From: Gammaproteobacteria bacterium
Lineage (GTDB): Bacteria; Pseudomonadota; Gammaproteobacteria; JBCCGL01
NCBI GenBank assembly: GCA_965277715.1
Contig: OZ255836.1
Span: 2,944,001-3,008,000, forward strand
DNA: 64,000 bases
Reading direction: 5' to 3'
Below, piece by piece: positions 20,718-31,270 of the stretch; positions within the stretch are counted from its first letter, which is position 1, and the number at the start of each line of letters is the position of its first letter. The translations under genes and the position numbers were made by a program. The notes beneath the pieces were generated by a model, which had not been told where the DNA came from, searched no databases, and saw only the letters and a program-made list of their open reading frames with translations.

Positions 20718-21748
20718 GGGGGCAATCGTATTTAATATTTTTCAAACGGTTGCAAACCTGCTCAAACACGCCCTTCAAGCTGCCGTCTGACAGCCCACTC
20801 TTTACATAATCAATTGCAGGAGAAAGGCTACTAACACGACTATATACAAACATATCAACCAGCGTTTTTAACGGCATATCTCCCAATTGCTGACAACAAT
20901 ATATCGCTACTTTACGAGGCAGATTCGCCCGTTGTCTCCCCCGCTGTCGCGTAAGTACATCACTCGCGTTAACGCCAAACACCGCTGCCACTGCATCGAC
21001 TATAGCTGCACCGTTTGGCTTGTCCGTCACAATACGGGACAAGTCCCCCGATATGTGCATCGACTCCCGGTTTTCGGCAATATACGTCTTGAAGGATTTG
21101 TCACCCAGTATCGTCGCCACATTGCCTTTGTTATAAAAACGGCCAATGTCCTCATCAATACCTTGACCAACATATGCCTTATAAGCAACGTAACGTTGTT
21201 TAGCACCGAGTGCACTATGGGTTGCCTCTCGATACAACCATTCCGGTGCTTTGGCTTGGTTGATGTAAGCGTGGTAACTCGACCAGGAATAGCTATCGAG
21301 CTTATCCGCTGTTACACCCTTTACTTCTATTGGGTTACGATGAATGTAACGGCTTAAGGGTAATAAGTAGTCGTCTGCATCCACAATAATCGCTTTATAA
21401 CGACTGCGAAAAAGAGGCCCATCCATGCGTCTAAGCCGGTTGTAGCGTTGTGTGTAGATACCATTGATATGCCGCATGATGCGATCCAGATTAGCACGAG
21501 GGGTTTCGATCAATAGATGATAATGATTACCCATCAAACAGTAAGCGTGGGTGTAGGCATCAAAGCGTTTATGTGCTTCATCGAGCGTTTGTAGAAATGC
21601 TTGGTAGTAAATTTCGCCATGAAAGATGGTCTGTCTGGCTTTGCCACGATTCATAACGTGGTAGTAGGCATTTTCGTATTGTATTCGAGTAGGTCTAGGC
21701 ATCGTTTAAATTTATACTATTTTGAAAATATTAAATAGGATTGACCCC
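20718..21748 (-). mobile_element. RAYT-like HUH Y1 transposase with DnaA-domain-IV-like C-terminal HTH, bounded by GGGGTCAATC / GATTGCCCCC ends (CDS start 21702)
   Basis: MPRP.R....YYHVMNRG, AYCLMGNHYHLL (HUH), RYIHRNP (Y1), YSWSSY, C-terminal PRKVAIY..QQL...L. Confidence 0.85.
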
Positions 21749-21750
21749 TT

Positions 21751-22101
21751 TTATTCAGTTTCAACACTAGGGCACATTTGGCGGTTCAGGCCCGCCAACT
21801 GCACCTCATATTCAAAATCAGACACTGCCCGCAGGCCACGGACAATGACCTTTGCCTGCCACTGCACGGCACACTCAACGAGCAGGCCCTTAAAGCTTTT
21901 CACTTCAACATTCGGTAGATCCTGAACGACCTCACACGCCAGGATCTCACGCTGCTCCAGCGCAAAAAAAGGGCGCTTATCTGGATTGTAAGCGATGGCG
22001 ACAATAACGCGATCAAACATCTTCGCTGCACGTCTCGCCACATCGATATGACCATTGGTAATCGGATCAAAAGTGCCGGGATAGATTGCTGTAATTGTCA
22101 T
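21751..22101 (-). pseudogene. coaD: 3'-truncated duplicate of coaD
   Basis: Nearly identical to the first ~115 codons of coaD; cut next to the TGACCCC end of the RAYT-like element. Confidence 0.92.
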
Positions 22102-22347
22102 ACCTGCCTACTGTCATTTCATCAGCGGCAAGATTGCATGATTTCACCGTTTTCGACAACTCATTTAGTTAGAATTAATTTAGGGCACGCCCTCGACGTA
22201 AGCACCCATTTATCAACCGTGTCGGCATACGAATTTGGGACTGAGTGGCACTGATAGCAGTAAACGCCATTAATATTTGCGGCGCAACACTGTGACTAAA
22301 CACCAGCTTGATAAAAACTGGTTTAAAAAAGCAAGGGGGGCAGGCTA

Positions 22348-23913
22348 GAATGGCACTTCCTTAAGCTGTAAGTATTTGAAGTAATTACAAAAAAAGCTGG
22401 TTCTATGGTAGGTTATTTATTGCCAACACAAATACCCTTTATCCCACAGGAACCAGCCATCATGCAGAGTAATGTAAAAGTCAACATTCTTCAACGTCGC
22501 ATCAAAAGCCGAGCTCAATCCTCGGATGCATTGAGTTTTTATCACTTGCTGACATCCTCTCAGTTACTTACGAAACTGGAAGAATTACAACCGGATTTTC
22601 GAGCGCGTCGCTATCCTCCTCTAGACACCTTATCGCTGTTTTTATACCAAACAATGAGTGCAGATCAGTCCTGCCAACAAGCTGTCAACACACTCGCTGT
22701 ACAGCGATTAAGTGAAGGTTTATCAGTGAGTAATACGTATACAGGGAGTTATTGTAAAGCGCGACAAAGGCTGCCAACCCCCCTCGTCTCAGGGCTTGCC
22801 CGTTGTACAGGCGAGTGTGTGGCGAATGAAGCGGCCAGTCACTGGCACTGGCAAGGGCGTTCAGTTAAATTGGTTGACGGCACCACTGTGACAATGCCCG
22901 ATACGCCTGAAAATCAGGTAGTTTATCCGCAACAGTCAGGCCAGCAAGTGGGGATCGGTTTTCCTCTTTGTCGCTGGGTAGGAATTATTTGTTTAGCCAG
23001 TGGTGGTGTTCTCGATGCGGCAATGGGTCCTTTTAAAGGTAAGGGAGCGGATGAGCAAACGTTATTGAGAAAAATACAAAATGCGCTTAAACCGGGTGAT
23101 ATTGTGGTGGGTGATGCCTATTTTGCGGGTTATTTTTTTCTAGCAAACCTTATAGAGCAAGGAGTAGACGGTGTATTTGAGCCGCATGGTGCGCGGCGTA
23201 AATCCACAGATTTTCGAGAAGGCAAAAGGCTTGGATCGAAGGATCACCTGATTTGTTATACAAAGCCCAAGAAGAGACCAGAGTGGATGAGCGAAGAAGC
23301 CTATGAAGCGGCTGCTGATGAAGTGGTTATACGTGAACTGAAAGTGGGTAAAAAACTGTTGGTGACAACGTTGTTATCAGTTAAATCGGCGTCTAAAGAG
23401 GCGCTTAAACAGCTCTACAAAGAACGCTGGCATGTCGAACTTGATTTACGCCATATAAAAACGACAATGAAGATGCACACCTTCCGTTGTAAGACGCCAG
23501 AAATGGTTGAGAAGGAAATGTGGGTACACATATTAGCTTACAACCTTATTCGCTTATTAATGGCGCAATCTGCCTTACTAGTGGACATACTGCCTCGACA
23601 GATAAGTTTTAAGCATACGTTACAAATTTGGGTAGCGTATCGTTATCAGAAAGGCGGTAGCCCTCTGGGTAGTGATAAGGTGTTGGCGCTATGTGCGTTG
23701 ATTGCAGAAAACTGTGTGGGTAATCGACCGGGGCGTATTGAACCAAGAGTGGTTAAACGAAGACCCAAACCGTATCCTTTATTGATGCAGCCAAGGGACG
23801 TGGCCAGAAGTGTTGTTAAAAAATATGGCCATCCCAAAAAACAGAAATAGGTCATTTACAATGAAAGTACTTCCATATTTTTCATGTACTTAGAGCTTAA
23901 GGAAGTGCCATTC
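22348..23913 (+). mobile_element. Complete IS4-family element (transposase 22462-23850)
   Basis: TIRs GAATGGCACTTCCTTAAGCT / AGCTTAAGGAAGTGCCATTC; 11-bp TSD GGGGCAGGCT(A/T); LVDGT, GDAYF and Y..RW.VE...R..K (YREK) motifs. Confidence 0.93.
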
Positions 23914-24000
23914 GGGGCAGGCTTATTATTCACCATACAACGACTAATACGTATAAAAACAGTGATTTCCAGCAAGAAATATAAGAAATAACTGCCTTGA
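23914..24000 (+). repeat. ~92-bp GGGGTCAGG...CCTTGACCCC mini-element, copy 1 (end interrupted by IS1111)
   Basis: Nearly identical to 29289-29379. Its terminal TGA|CCCC is split by the IS1111 and continues at 25421. Confidence 0.85.
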
Positions 24001-25420
24001 TGGGATGGACCCGCTCCCTTTGAATCGGCATCACAATGTGCCAAGATTGAGCGGTAACACAACCAATCTATTATCACCTAATAAAGGTAGGAGCGAGTCC
24101 ATGAACGAGAATATCACCCGATTGGGTATTGATCTAGCCAAAACTATTTTTCAAGTGTGTGGTGCTAATAAACACGGTAAAGTGGTGTTTAATAAAAAAC
24201 TCAAACGCGATCAGCTACCGTCTTATATCGCCAATGTACCGGCCTGTGAGGTGGTGATGGAAGCGTGTGCGACGTCCAGTTATTGGTCGCAGGTTTTCAC
24301 ACGCTACGGCCACACCGTCAAACTCATTAACCCAGCCTATGTACGCCCTTACGTTAAAACAAACAAGAACGATGCAGCGGATGCAGAGGCCCTGTGTGAA
24401 GCAGCCTCACGTCCGAGTATGCGATTTGTTCAGCCCAAAACACCCGACCAACAAGACAGCCAATTATTCCACCGGGTGCGCAGTCGGCTAGTGTCAAAAC
24501 GGACGAGTTTAAGTAATCAGATAAGAGGGTTACTGGGTGAGTATGGGCTGATTATTCCGGTGGGTATTCACCACGTTCGCCAGCACTTGCCTGCGCTTTT
24601 AGAGGATGCTGAAAATGCCTTGTCAGCCACAGCACGTGAAGTGTTCAGTGCTTTGTATGATGAACGAGTGGAGATTGATAAACGCGTAACACACTACACA
24701 AAACGGTTAACCCAGTTGAGCAACCAGCATGAGCGCTGTCAACAATTAAAAACACTGCCGGGTGTAGGGCCTCTGGTCGCCACTGCCTTGTTTACAGCAA
24801 TGGGCGATCCGGGTTTTTATAAAAACGGGCGTGAGTTTTCCGCCTTTTTGGGTCTCGTTCCTCGTCAATATAGTTCGGGGGGCAAAACACAACTCAAAGG
24901 TATCAGTAAACGCGGGGACGAACACGTGCGCACTTTGTTGATACAGGGGGCGCAAGCGGCATTAAGTCGAATGCCTAAACACGATGATGGGCTAAGTCGT
25001 TGGGCCTGTCGTGTCAAAGCACGTCGGGGCCATTGTGTGGCGGCGGTGGCATTGGCCAATAAGCTCGCCAGAATTAGCTGGGCGGTAGCGGCTAATAATA
25101 CAACTTACGTGCATAAAACAGTTTAATAACATCGTTGAAGATTTCTTACCACGAGGTAGCGAAAGAGCAGTAAAGGGTATAACAGGTTAAACCGGCTCAG
25201 ACAGAACCTGGAGGGGGTCATGGTCTTCACAGACCGATTGCTTGATGAGGTGTCTGAGCACGGTTCCCATTATGGCTCTGGACGGATAAACAAATACAAT
25301 CCGTCCTATCGAGAAGCCGGATATATGACTGCTAACCTTATTTACTGTGTCTGCTCTGAACGCTAAAAAATGAATGAACGATTAAAAAATTGTTGAATTT
25401 AACTGCGGGTCCATATATGA
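24001..25420 (+). mobile_element. IS110-family, IS1111-type element (transposase 24101-25126)
   Basis: GIDLAK, MEAC, KNDAADA (DEDD RuvC) and GLVP..YSSGG motifs; subterminal IRs TGGACCCGC / GCGGGTCCA; TGA core on both sides; long right non-coding end. Confidence 0.92.
25190..25335 (+). ncRNA. Predicted bridge/seek RNA in the IS1111 right end
   Basis: Two stem-internal-loop-hairpin modules (CTCAGACA/TGTCTGAG around GGTCT-TCAC-AGACC; GGACGGAT/ATCCGTCC). Loops match the target (GGGGTCA, CTTGA) and the donor ends (CCCAT, ATATATGA). Confidence 0.72.
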
Positions 25421-25458
25421 CCCCTTTTTTTCATTCTGCTATGGTGTATTATTGAGAA

Positions 25459-25803
25459 ATGAAAGAAAAAACACCTATACGGGTTACTCTTCGACTGCCC
25501 GCTGATGTGCATGAAGAGATAGCCTCCGCATCCTCCTTGGCTGGCCTTAGCCTGAATCAAGAGATAGTGTCACGCCTCAAGGAAACGCTTAGGCAAGATA
25601 AATTCTTGGTCGATTCCAATGAATGGATAAATAATCACACGGCTACTTATGATGATTTGTTAGCCTTATATGAAACAGCTACTGTAGAGGTGGAGGAGTG
25701 GAAAGAAAAAGACTACAGCGTTACAACTGCTATGCAAGGTTTTGAGGCTGTAAGCGATATTAAAAACCGCCTTGCCGCTATAGAGAAAAAGCTAGATAAA
25801 TAG
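25459..25803 (+). CDS. Arc-like ribbon-helix-helix DNA-binding protein
   Basis: VTLRLPADVHEEI...A...GLSLNQEIVSRL. Confidence 0.75.
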   Translation: MKEKTPIRVTLRLPADVHEEIASASSLAGLSLNQEIVSRLKETLRQDKFLVDSNEWINNHTATYDDLLALYETATVEVEEWKEKDYSVTTAMQGFEAVSDIKNRLAAIEKKLDK

Positions 25804-25820
25804 CTTTAGGAGCGTGACTA

Positions 25821-26657
25821 GTGGAAATAGCCTATAGCACTATTGAGAAATCCCCAGTATCCATCCATGTCTTTTGCAAAAAGTCTGACGCTGAAATAGA
25901 AAAATTGCGGAGATCATTGTTATGTCCCAAGTGTGAAGTTAAGGCGTGGTTCCGCAAAAAATCAAAAGATGGTAAATCAGCCTGCTTTAATGCGTATCAT
26001 GCAGAAGGCTGTACTGCATCGACACAAAAGCATCAAATAAAAAATAATACCGAAGTTGTCGAAGACGTAAGGCAAATCATTACAAACAATGATACGGTGG
26101 ATTTAAATTTCGTTGTGTATAGCAGTCCAATTGCTGATGGTGAAAATACGTTTCAACAGTCACTTACTATTAAAAACGTCGATTCTGCAAGTTCTCGACA
26201 CAGTATTACACCAGCAATAGAAAGAAACCAAACAAGAAGGTTATCCTCTATATTAAAGCTACTTACAGGCTCGGAGGATTTTGCCAAATCTAATATCAAG
26301 ATTGACACAGGGCCACCAGCTAAACATCCATATTATGCTAGAAATCTGTTTGTGAGCTTTGATGCAATAATCGAAGAGCATATAGGGAAATGGCGCGGTT
26401 TTTGGGGTGTGATCAGTCATGCCAATGAAGAAGTTACATGGTTAAATATTGCAAACAGTTTAGATGTTAGCATCCCTATATCAGCTATTAAGGCTTATTT
26501 GTTAAAAACGTTTAGGATAATGGAAGCAGAAGATTTGGCTGGGGCGCAAGTGCTAGTCTTTGGCTATCTCAACGTTTCAAAAACCAAAGCTAAAAAATAT
26601 TTCATAAAGCTTCGGAATAATAATCCTGCTCATATTTTTCTCAAACTGGACAACTAA
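25821..26657 (+). CDS. Hypothetical protein with N-terminal CxxC...H...C zinc-finger (CoiA-N-like)
   Basis: LLCPKC...WFRKKSKDGKSACF.AYH..GC. Long intact ORF within an operon. Confidence 0.6.
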   Translation: MEIAYSTIEKSPVSIHVFCKKSDAEIEKLRRSLLCPKCEVKAWFRKKSKDGKSACFNAYHAEGCTASTQKHQIKNNTEVVEDVRQIITNNDTVDLNFVVYSSPIADGENTFQQSLTIKNVDSASSRHSITPAIERNQTRRLSSILKLLTGSEDFAKSNIKIDTGPPAKHPYYARNLFVSFDAIIEEHIGKWRGFWGVISHANEEVTWLNIANSLDVSIPISAIKAYLLKTFRIMEAEDLAGAQVLVFGYLNVSKTKAKKYFIKLRNNNPAHIFLKLDN

Positions 26658-26663
26658 CCTCAA

Positions 26664-28631
26664 ATGGAAATAGAAAAGAAATTTAAAGTCCAAGTCCAAA
26701 AGGATCATCTGTCTAAGGTGGCTTCTGGAAAGCCAATAATCGGGTTGTGTGAACTTATTTGGAATGCTTTTGACGCTGACGCAAGCAATGTAAACGTTTA
26801 TTTTAATGAAGGTCAATTTGGTGTTGACCGGGTAATTATTTCCGACGATGGCACCGGCATTAAATATGGTGAAGCTGAAAAATTATTCATTGGTTTAGGT
26901 GGTTCGTGGAAGTCCAGTGGCAAGCAGACAGAAAAAGGGCGGTTTTTACACGGCCAAGAGGGTCAGGGGCGCTTCAAAGCTTTTACCATTGGGCGTGTAA
27001 CTGATTGGAAAGTTGTTTATAAAGAAGACAACAAGTTCTATGAATACACGATTGAAGGTAAAGCGGAGGCTATTGACGAATTTTTATTAAGTTCTAATAA
27101 AGATTCAGACCAACGCAAAACTGGTGTAACTGTCGAAATAACTGAAATCAATAAAAATTTCCATATCCTTGATGAAAACAAGGCACTTGAAAAACTTGCA
27201 CCAGTCTTTGCCTTGTACCTTAAAAATTATAGTGGGGTAATCCTCCGTATAGGTAGTCAAAAGCTGGATGCTTCAATAGCTATCAAGGATATTAAAAGTA
27301 TTGATCTGCCGGCATTGAGTATTGAAGATAAGGAACATTTTGTAAGCGTTGAAATAGTAGAGTGGAACGGTATTTCAGCGCGCGAAATATGGTTTGCTGA
27401 TTCAAAAGGCTTTCCACTTGAATCTTATGATAAACAAGTTCGAGGTATTGGAGAGAGTGGATTCAGTGCCTATATAAAATCGGACTACTTCCGTGAATTA
27501 AAAAACAAGGATTTATTATCATTACGCGACCTTGAAGCAAGCATTAGCGCCTGCTGCGAGACAGCAATCAATGCGGTCAAAGAACACTTCTTATTAAGGG
27601 CCTTGGAACAAGCAAGAAACCAAATTGACGAATGGAAAGATGAAGAAATCTACCCGTTCAAGGGTGAACCTGTGTCCCCTATTGAAGATGCTGAAAGAAA
27701 AATTTTTGATATTGTCGCCATTAATGTAAATAAAAGCCTTCCAGATTTTAAAAATTTAAATAAAAAATCTAAACAGTTTCAGTTAAGAATGCTGAAACAG
27801 GCGATAGAAAAAAGTCCTGAAGACCTTCAGATCATTATGACTGAAGTTCTAAATCTACCAAAAAATACACGGGAAAGTTTAGCTGAATTACTTCAAGGAA
27901 CAAGTCTTTCGTCAATTATTAATGCATCTAAGGTGGTGTCAGACCGAATAAAATTCATAACCGGTTTAGACCAGCTTGTTTTTAATCACAAAGACAACTT
28001 AAAAGAACGTACACAACTGCATAGAATCTTAGCTCAAAACACTTGGATTTTTGGTGATGGATTTACTTTGTCGGTTGACGATCAAGCACTAACTGAAGTT
28101 CTTAAACAACATGCTTCTTGCTTGGAAAATGATGTTGTAATTAACGATCCGGTAACAAGAGTTGACGGTCGTCGCGGCATTGTTGACTTGATGTTATCAA
28201 GACAACTGCCCCGAAACCGTGCCGACGAATTAGAACATTTAGTTATAGAGTTGAAAGCCCCTAAAGTTGTTATTGGTAAAAAGGAAATTGACCAGATAGA
28301 AAGTTATGCTTTTGCTGTTTCTAATGATGAACGATTTAGAAGTCTTAATACAAAGTGGGACTTCTGGATCATTTCAAATGACTATGATGATTATGCAGAA
28401 CTCAAACTTGAGAATGACAGCTTTGAATATGGCGTGATTTATAAAACCAGTAAAAAGCGTAATGTTACTATCTGGCTAAAAACATGGTCTGAACTAATTG
28501 CTGAAAATAAACACCGTCTTGAATTTATTCGTGACAAGCTAAATTATAATGTCGATAAAGAAAGCGCAATGAATCACCTGAAATCGACATATTCTGAATA
28601 TATTGATGGTGTGGTTTTGGAAAATAAATGA
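26664..28631 (+). CDS. GHKL (MORC/HATPase_c_3) ATPase fused to a C-terminal PD-(D/E)xK nuclease
   Basis: ELIWNAFDADA, DDGTG, G..GQGRF, TGVTVEI; C-terminal VDLML...VIELK.P...QIESYA. Confidence 0.8.
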   Translation: MEIEKKFKVQVQKDHLSKVASGKPIIGLCELIWNAFDADASNVNVYFNEGQFGVDRVIISDDGTGIKYGEAEKLFIGLGGSWKSSGKQTEKGRFLHGQEGQGRFKAFTIGRVTDWKVVYKEDNKFYEYTIEGKAEAIDEFLLSSNKDSDQRKTGVTVEITEINKNFHILDENKALEKLAPVFALYLKNYSGVILRIGSQKLDASIAIKDIKSIDLPALSIEDKEHFVSVEIVEWNGISAREIWFADSKGFPLESYDKQVRGIGESGFSAYIKSDYFRELKNKDLLSLRDLEASISACCETAINAVKEHFLLRALEQARNQIDEWKDEEIYPFKGEPVSPIEDAERKIFDIVAINVNKSLPDFKNLNKKSKQFQLRMLKQAIEKSPEDLQIIMTEVLNLPKNTRESLAELLQGTSLSSIINASKVVSDRIKFITGLDQLVFNHKDNLKERTQLHRILAQNTWIFGDGFTLSVDDQALTEVLKQHASCLENDVVINDPVTRVDGRRGIVDLMLSRQLPRNRADELEHLVIELKAPKVVIGKKEIDQIESYAFAVSNDERFRSLNTKWDFWIISNDYDDYAELKLENDSFEYGVIYKTSKKRNVTIWLKTWSELIAENKHRLEFIRDKLNYNVDKESAMNHLKSTYSEYIDGVVLENK

Positions 28632-28885
28632 ACCAAGTCCAGGCCATTGACGAACAAAAAACTATTGAAGATTACCGGGAGCTGATCAATGAGGTTTCAG
28701 GTAGCCCAACGTCTGAAAATATCCGAAAACTAGCATTGTGGGTTTACTATATCGCTCCCAAGTTACCCAACGAGGTTGAAAGCGGTGTTTGGGAAAGCCT
28801 ATATACCGCGTTACCTATTCAAGCTGTTATTGAAATTAACGAGCTAATTAGCAATAACTCTCAACCCCCGGTTACTAGAAACTAG
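28628..28885 (+). CDS. Small hypothetical protein, translationally coupled to the GHKL gene
   Basis: ATGA overlap with the upstream stop; 85 aa. Confidence 0.55.
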   Translation: MNQVQAIDEQKTIEDYRELINEVSGSPTSENIRKLALWVYYIAPKLPNEVESGVWESLYTALPIQAVIEINELISNNSQPPVTRN

Positions 28886-29029
28886 GCTTAAATTTCTGGT
28901 TGCGGCCTGTTCTATAAAATCAGACCACCAGCACATAACCACTTTGCGGCGTTCCAAATAATCCGCACGATTATAAGCGCGGCGTACGTCATTGCTGTCT
29001 GCATGGGCGAAAGCGGATTCTATAACGTC
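28883..29029 (-). pseudogene. C-terminus of a P4/CP4-57-type tyrosine integrase
   Basis: Manual translation DVIESAFAHADSNDVRRAYNRADYLERRKVVMCWWSDFIEQAA (H...Y catalytic box). Cut by the IS66 end. Confidence 0.85.
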
Positions 29030-29283
29030 GTAAGCGCCCTTAAATCAGCCTCTATTCCAAGGTAATGTCCAAAACGACATGCCAAGGTAGCAAGGCCTCT
29101 CTCTTTTCAAGAGTATCGGCACTGCCGATATGATTAAGGGCGTGCAGTATGTACGCATAGGGTTCAAGCCCATTAGCTTTGGCCGTTTCGATCAATGAGT
29201 AACATGTGGCACTGGCATGGGCGCCACGGGTTGAATCGGCAAACAACCAGGCTTTTCTACCCACGGCAAAAGGCCTGATAGAA
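29030..29283 (-). mobile_element. IS66-family remnant (TnpC C-terminus and terminal IR)
   Basis: IRPFAVGRKAWLF...YSLIETAKANGLEPYAY...LLPW; TIR GTAAGCGCCC at 29030. Confidence 0.88.
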
Positions 29284-29287
29284 GCAA

Positions 29288-29379
29288 GGGGGTCAGGCTT
29301 ATTATTCACCATACAACGACTAATACGGATAAAAACAGTGGTTTCCAGCAAGAAATATAGGAAATAACTGCCTTGACCC
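29288..29379 (+). repeat. ~92-bp GGGGTCAGG...CCTTGACCC mini-element, copy 2
   Basis: Direct repeat of 23914-24000 with inverted GGGGTCA/TGACCC ends. Confidence 0.85.
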
Positions 29380-31270
29380 GAATGGCACTTCCTTAAGACG
29401 TAAGCAACTGATAGTAAAGAGTTTATTTATTCTTTCTAAGAAAAAAAATGATATTTTGAAAGTTGCCGCCAATGATAACCGGGATAGTTTTACAAATATT
29501 GCTTTCAAGAACCGGTGTTTGTCAAGGTAGTTGTCCGTTTTACTGTGCTACTTGCTTTTCAATTCCATTGTGCTTTTGTCTCATGGCCAAGCCTTCCTTT
29601 TCCGGGTTTAACCACACCCCCGATACCGGTTCGAGGTGTTTAATATCCTGGCTCCAGCGTTCAGGGTGTTTGGCCTTTGCTTGTTCATAAACTGCTTTTC
29701 TGGCTGCCAGTATCGCGTGATCTTCGCCTTTATGACGCGAGGCTGGTGTCACAAACCCAATGCCGCTATGGCAATGAGAGTCGTTGTACCATTGCACAAA
29801 TCCATGCACCCAGTTTCGGGCAGAGGCTAAACTATCAAATGGCTTTGACGGATAGGCAGGCGTGTATTTTAAGGTTCTAAACAGACTTTCTGAATAAGGA
29901 TTATCATCGCTTACCGATGGCCTGCTAAACGAAGGTATCACACCCAACCATTGCAGTTTTGCTAACATGGTAGCACCTTTCATCGGGCCACCATTATCCG
30001 CGTGTAATACCAATTGACTCTGGCTGCATCCCTCCGCTAAACAGGCACGCTGGATCAGCGCCGCTGCCAGATCAGCCGATTCACTGTCATGCACTTCCCC
30101 GGCAACAATTTTACGACTGTAAATATCCATCATCATGTAAAGCCGGTAAAACCACCCGGTTATGTTCGATTTCAAAAAGGTAATATCCCAAGACCACACC
30201 TCGTTTGGCCTTGATGCCAGGTAGCTGTTAGGTTTGTGCCGTTTTTTAGGCGCCGCCGCCTTACCTCGCCGCTGCAGTTGGTTTTCCGACTTTAACACCC
30301 GATAGAAGCTTGACTCTGATCCAATATACACACCTTCATCCGCCAATTTGGGCACAATTTGCGAGGGGGGTAGCGCTTGGTATTTCGCTTCATTACAAGT
30401 GGTGACGATCAATGCCCGCTCTTCTGCTGTGAACTTATTACCAGGCGCCTGTCGATGAGCGCTGGGTCTGCCATCAGCACGGACAGTACCCGCGTTTGCC
30501 CAGCGTCGGTACGTCTTAGGGTGTCACTCAAGCACTTTGCACGCTTTGCTTAATGTAGCGCCAGCGACAACGGCCTCTTTGATTAAACGGATACTATTTT
30601 GGCGATCTGAATGGCAGGTCATTCGTCCTCTCCCTCCCCCCAGATCGCTTGGGCCTTTTTTCTAAGCACCAGCAAAGCGGCTGTTTCGGCTAACGCTTTC
30701 TCCTTTCGGTGCAGGTCTTGTTCGAGACGTTTAATACGTTTATCCGCTTCTCTACGACTGGTTTGTAAACGTTTCGTTTGGGCGCGATCCCAGTCATTGG
30801 CTTGTTCACAAGCCATTCGCCATGCCTTAATCTGATCAGGGTACAAACCACGATGACGGCAATAAGCTGAAAGGTCTGTTTCGCTTAATGACGCACTTTC
30901 CAGAACCGCTGAAAACTTATCCGAAGAACCCCAACCTGCTGGTGTCAAATCGCCATCTGGCATGAGTTCGCCTTTCGCTCTTGCTGGGGCTCGCCAACTA
31001 TAAAGCGTACCTTGTGCAATGCCTTCTTCTTTGGCTAACCGGGAAATTGTCTGATTGTTCGGCGGCAGCATCTTCTTTAAAACAGCGGCCTTTCTTTCTA
31101 TTGGATAACGCATACCACTCTCTCTTTGCCTCCTGTAATAACTTATTGAATCCCAATTTAGGGAGGGGGACAACTACCCTGACACAGGGGGGAACCATAT
31201 GCCAAGTTATCTGAACCAAGCACATAATACCAATACTTTCAAATACTTACAGCTTAAGGAAGTGCCATTC
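29380..31270. mobile_element. Non-autonomous IS4-end derivative carrying an IS3 element
   Basis: GAATGGCACTTCCTTAAG at 29380 and CTTAAGGAAGTGCCATTC ending at 31270; no IS4 transposase inside. Confidence 0.75.
29520..31184 (-). mobile_element. IS3-family element (orfA ~30619-31113; orfB to 29540 with a premature stop)
   Basis: TIRs TGTCA(A/G)GGTAGTTGTCC; WSWDIT, HADNG and SESLFRTLK DDE motifs; in-frame TGA near 30525. Confidence 0.88.
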
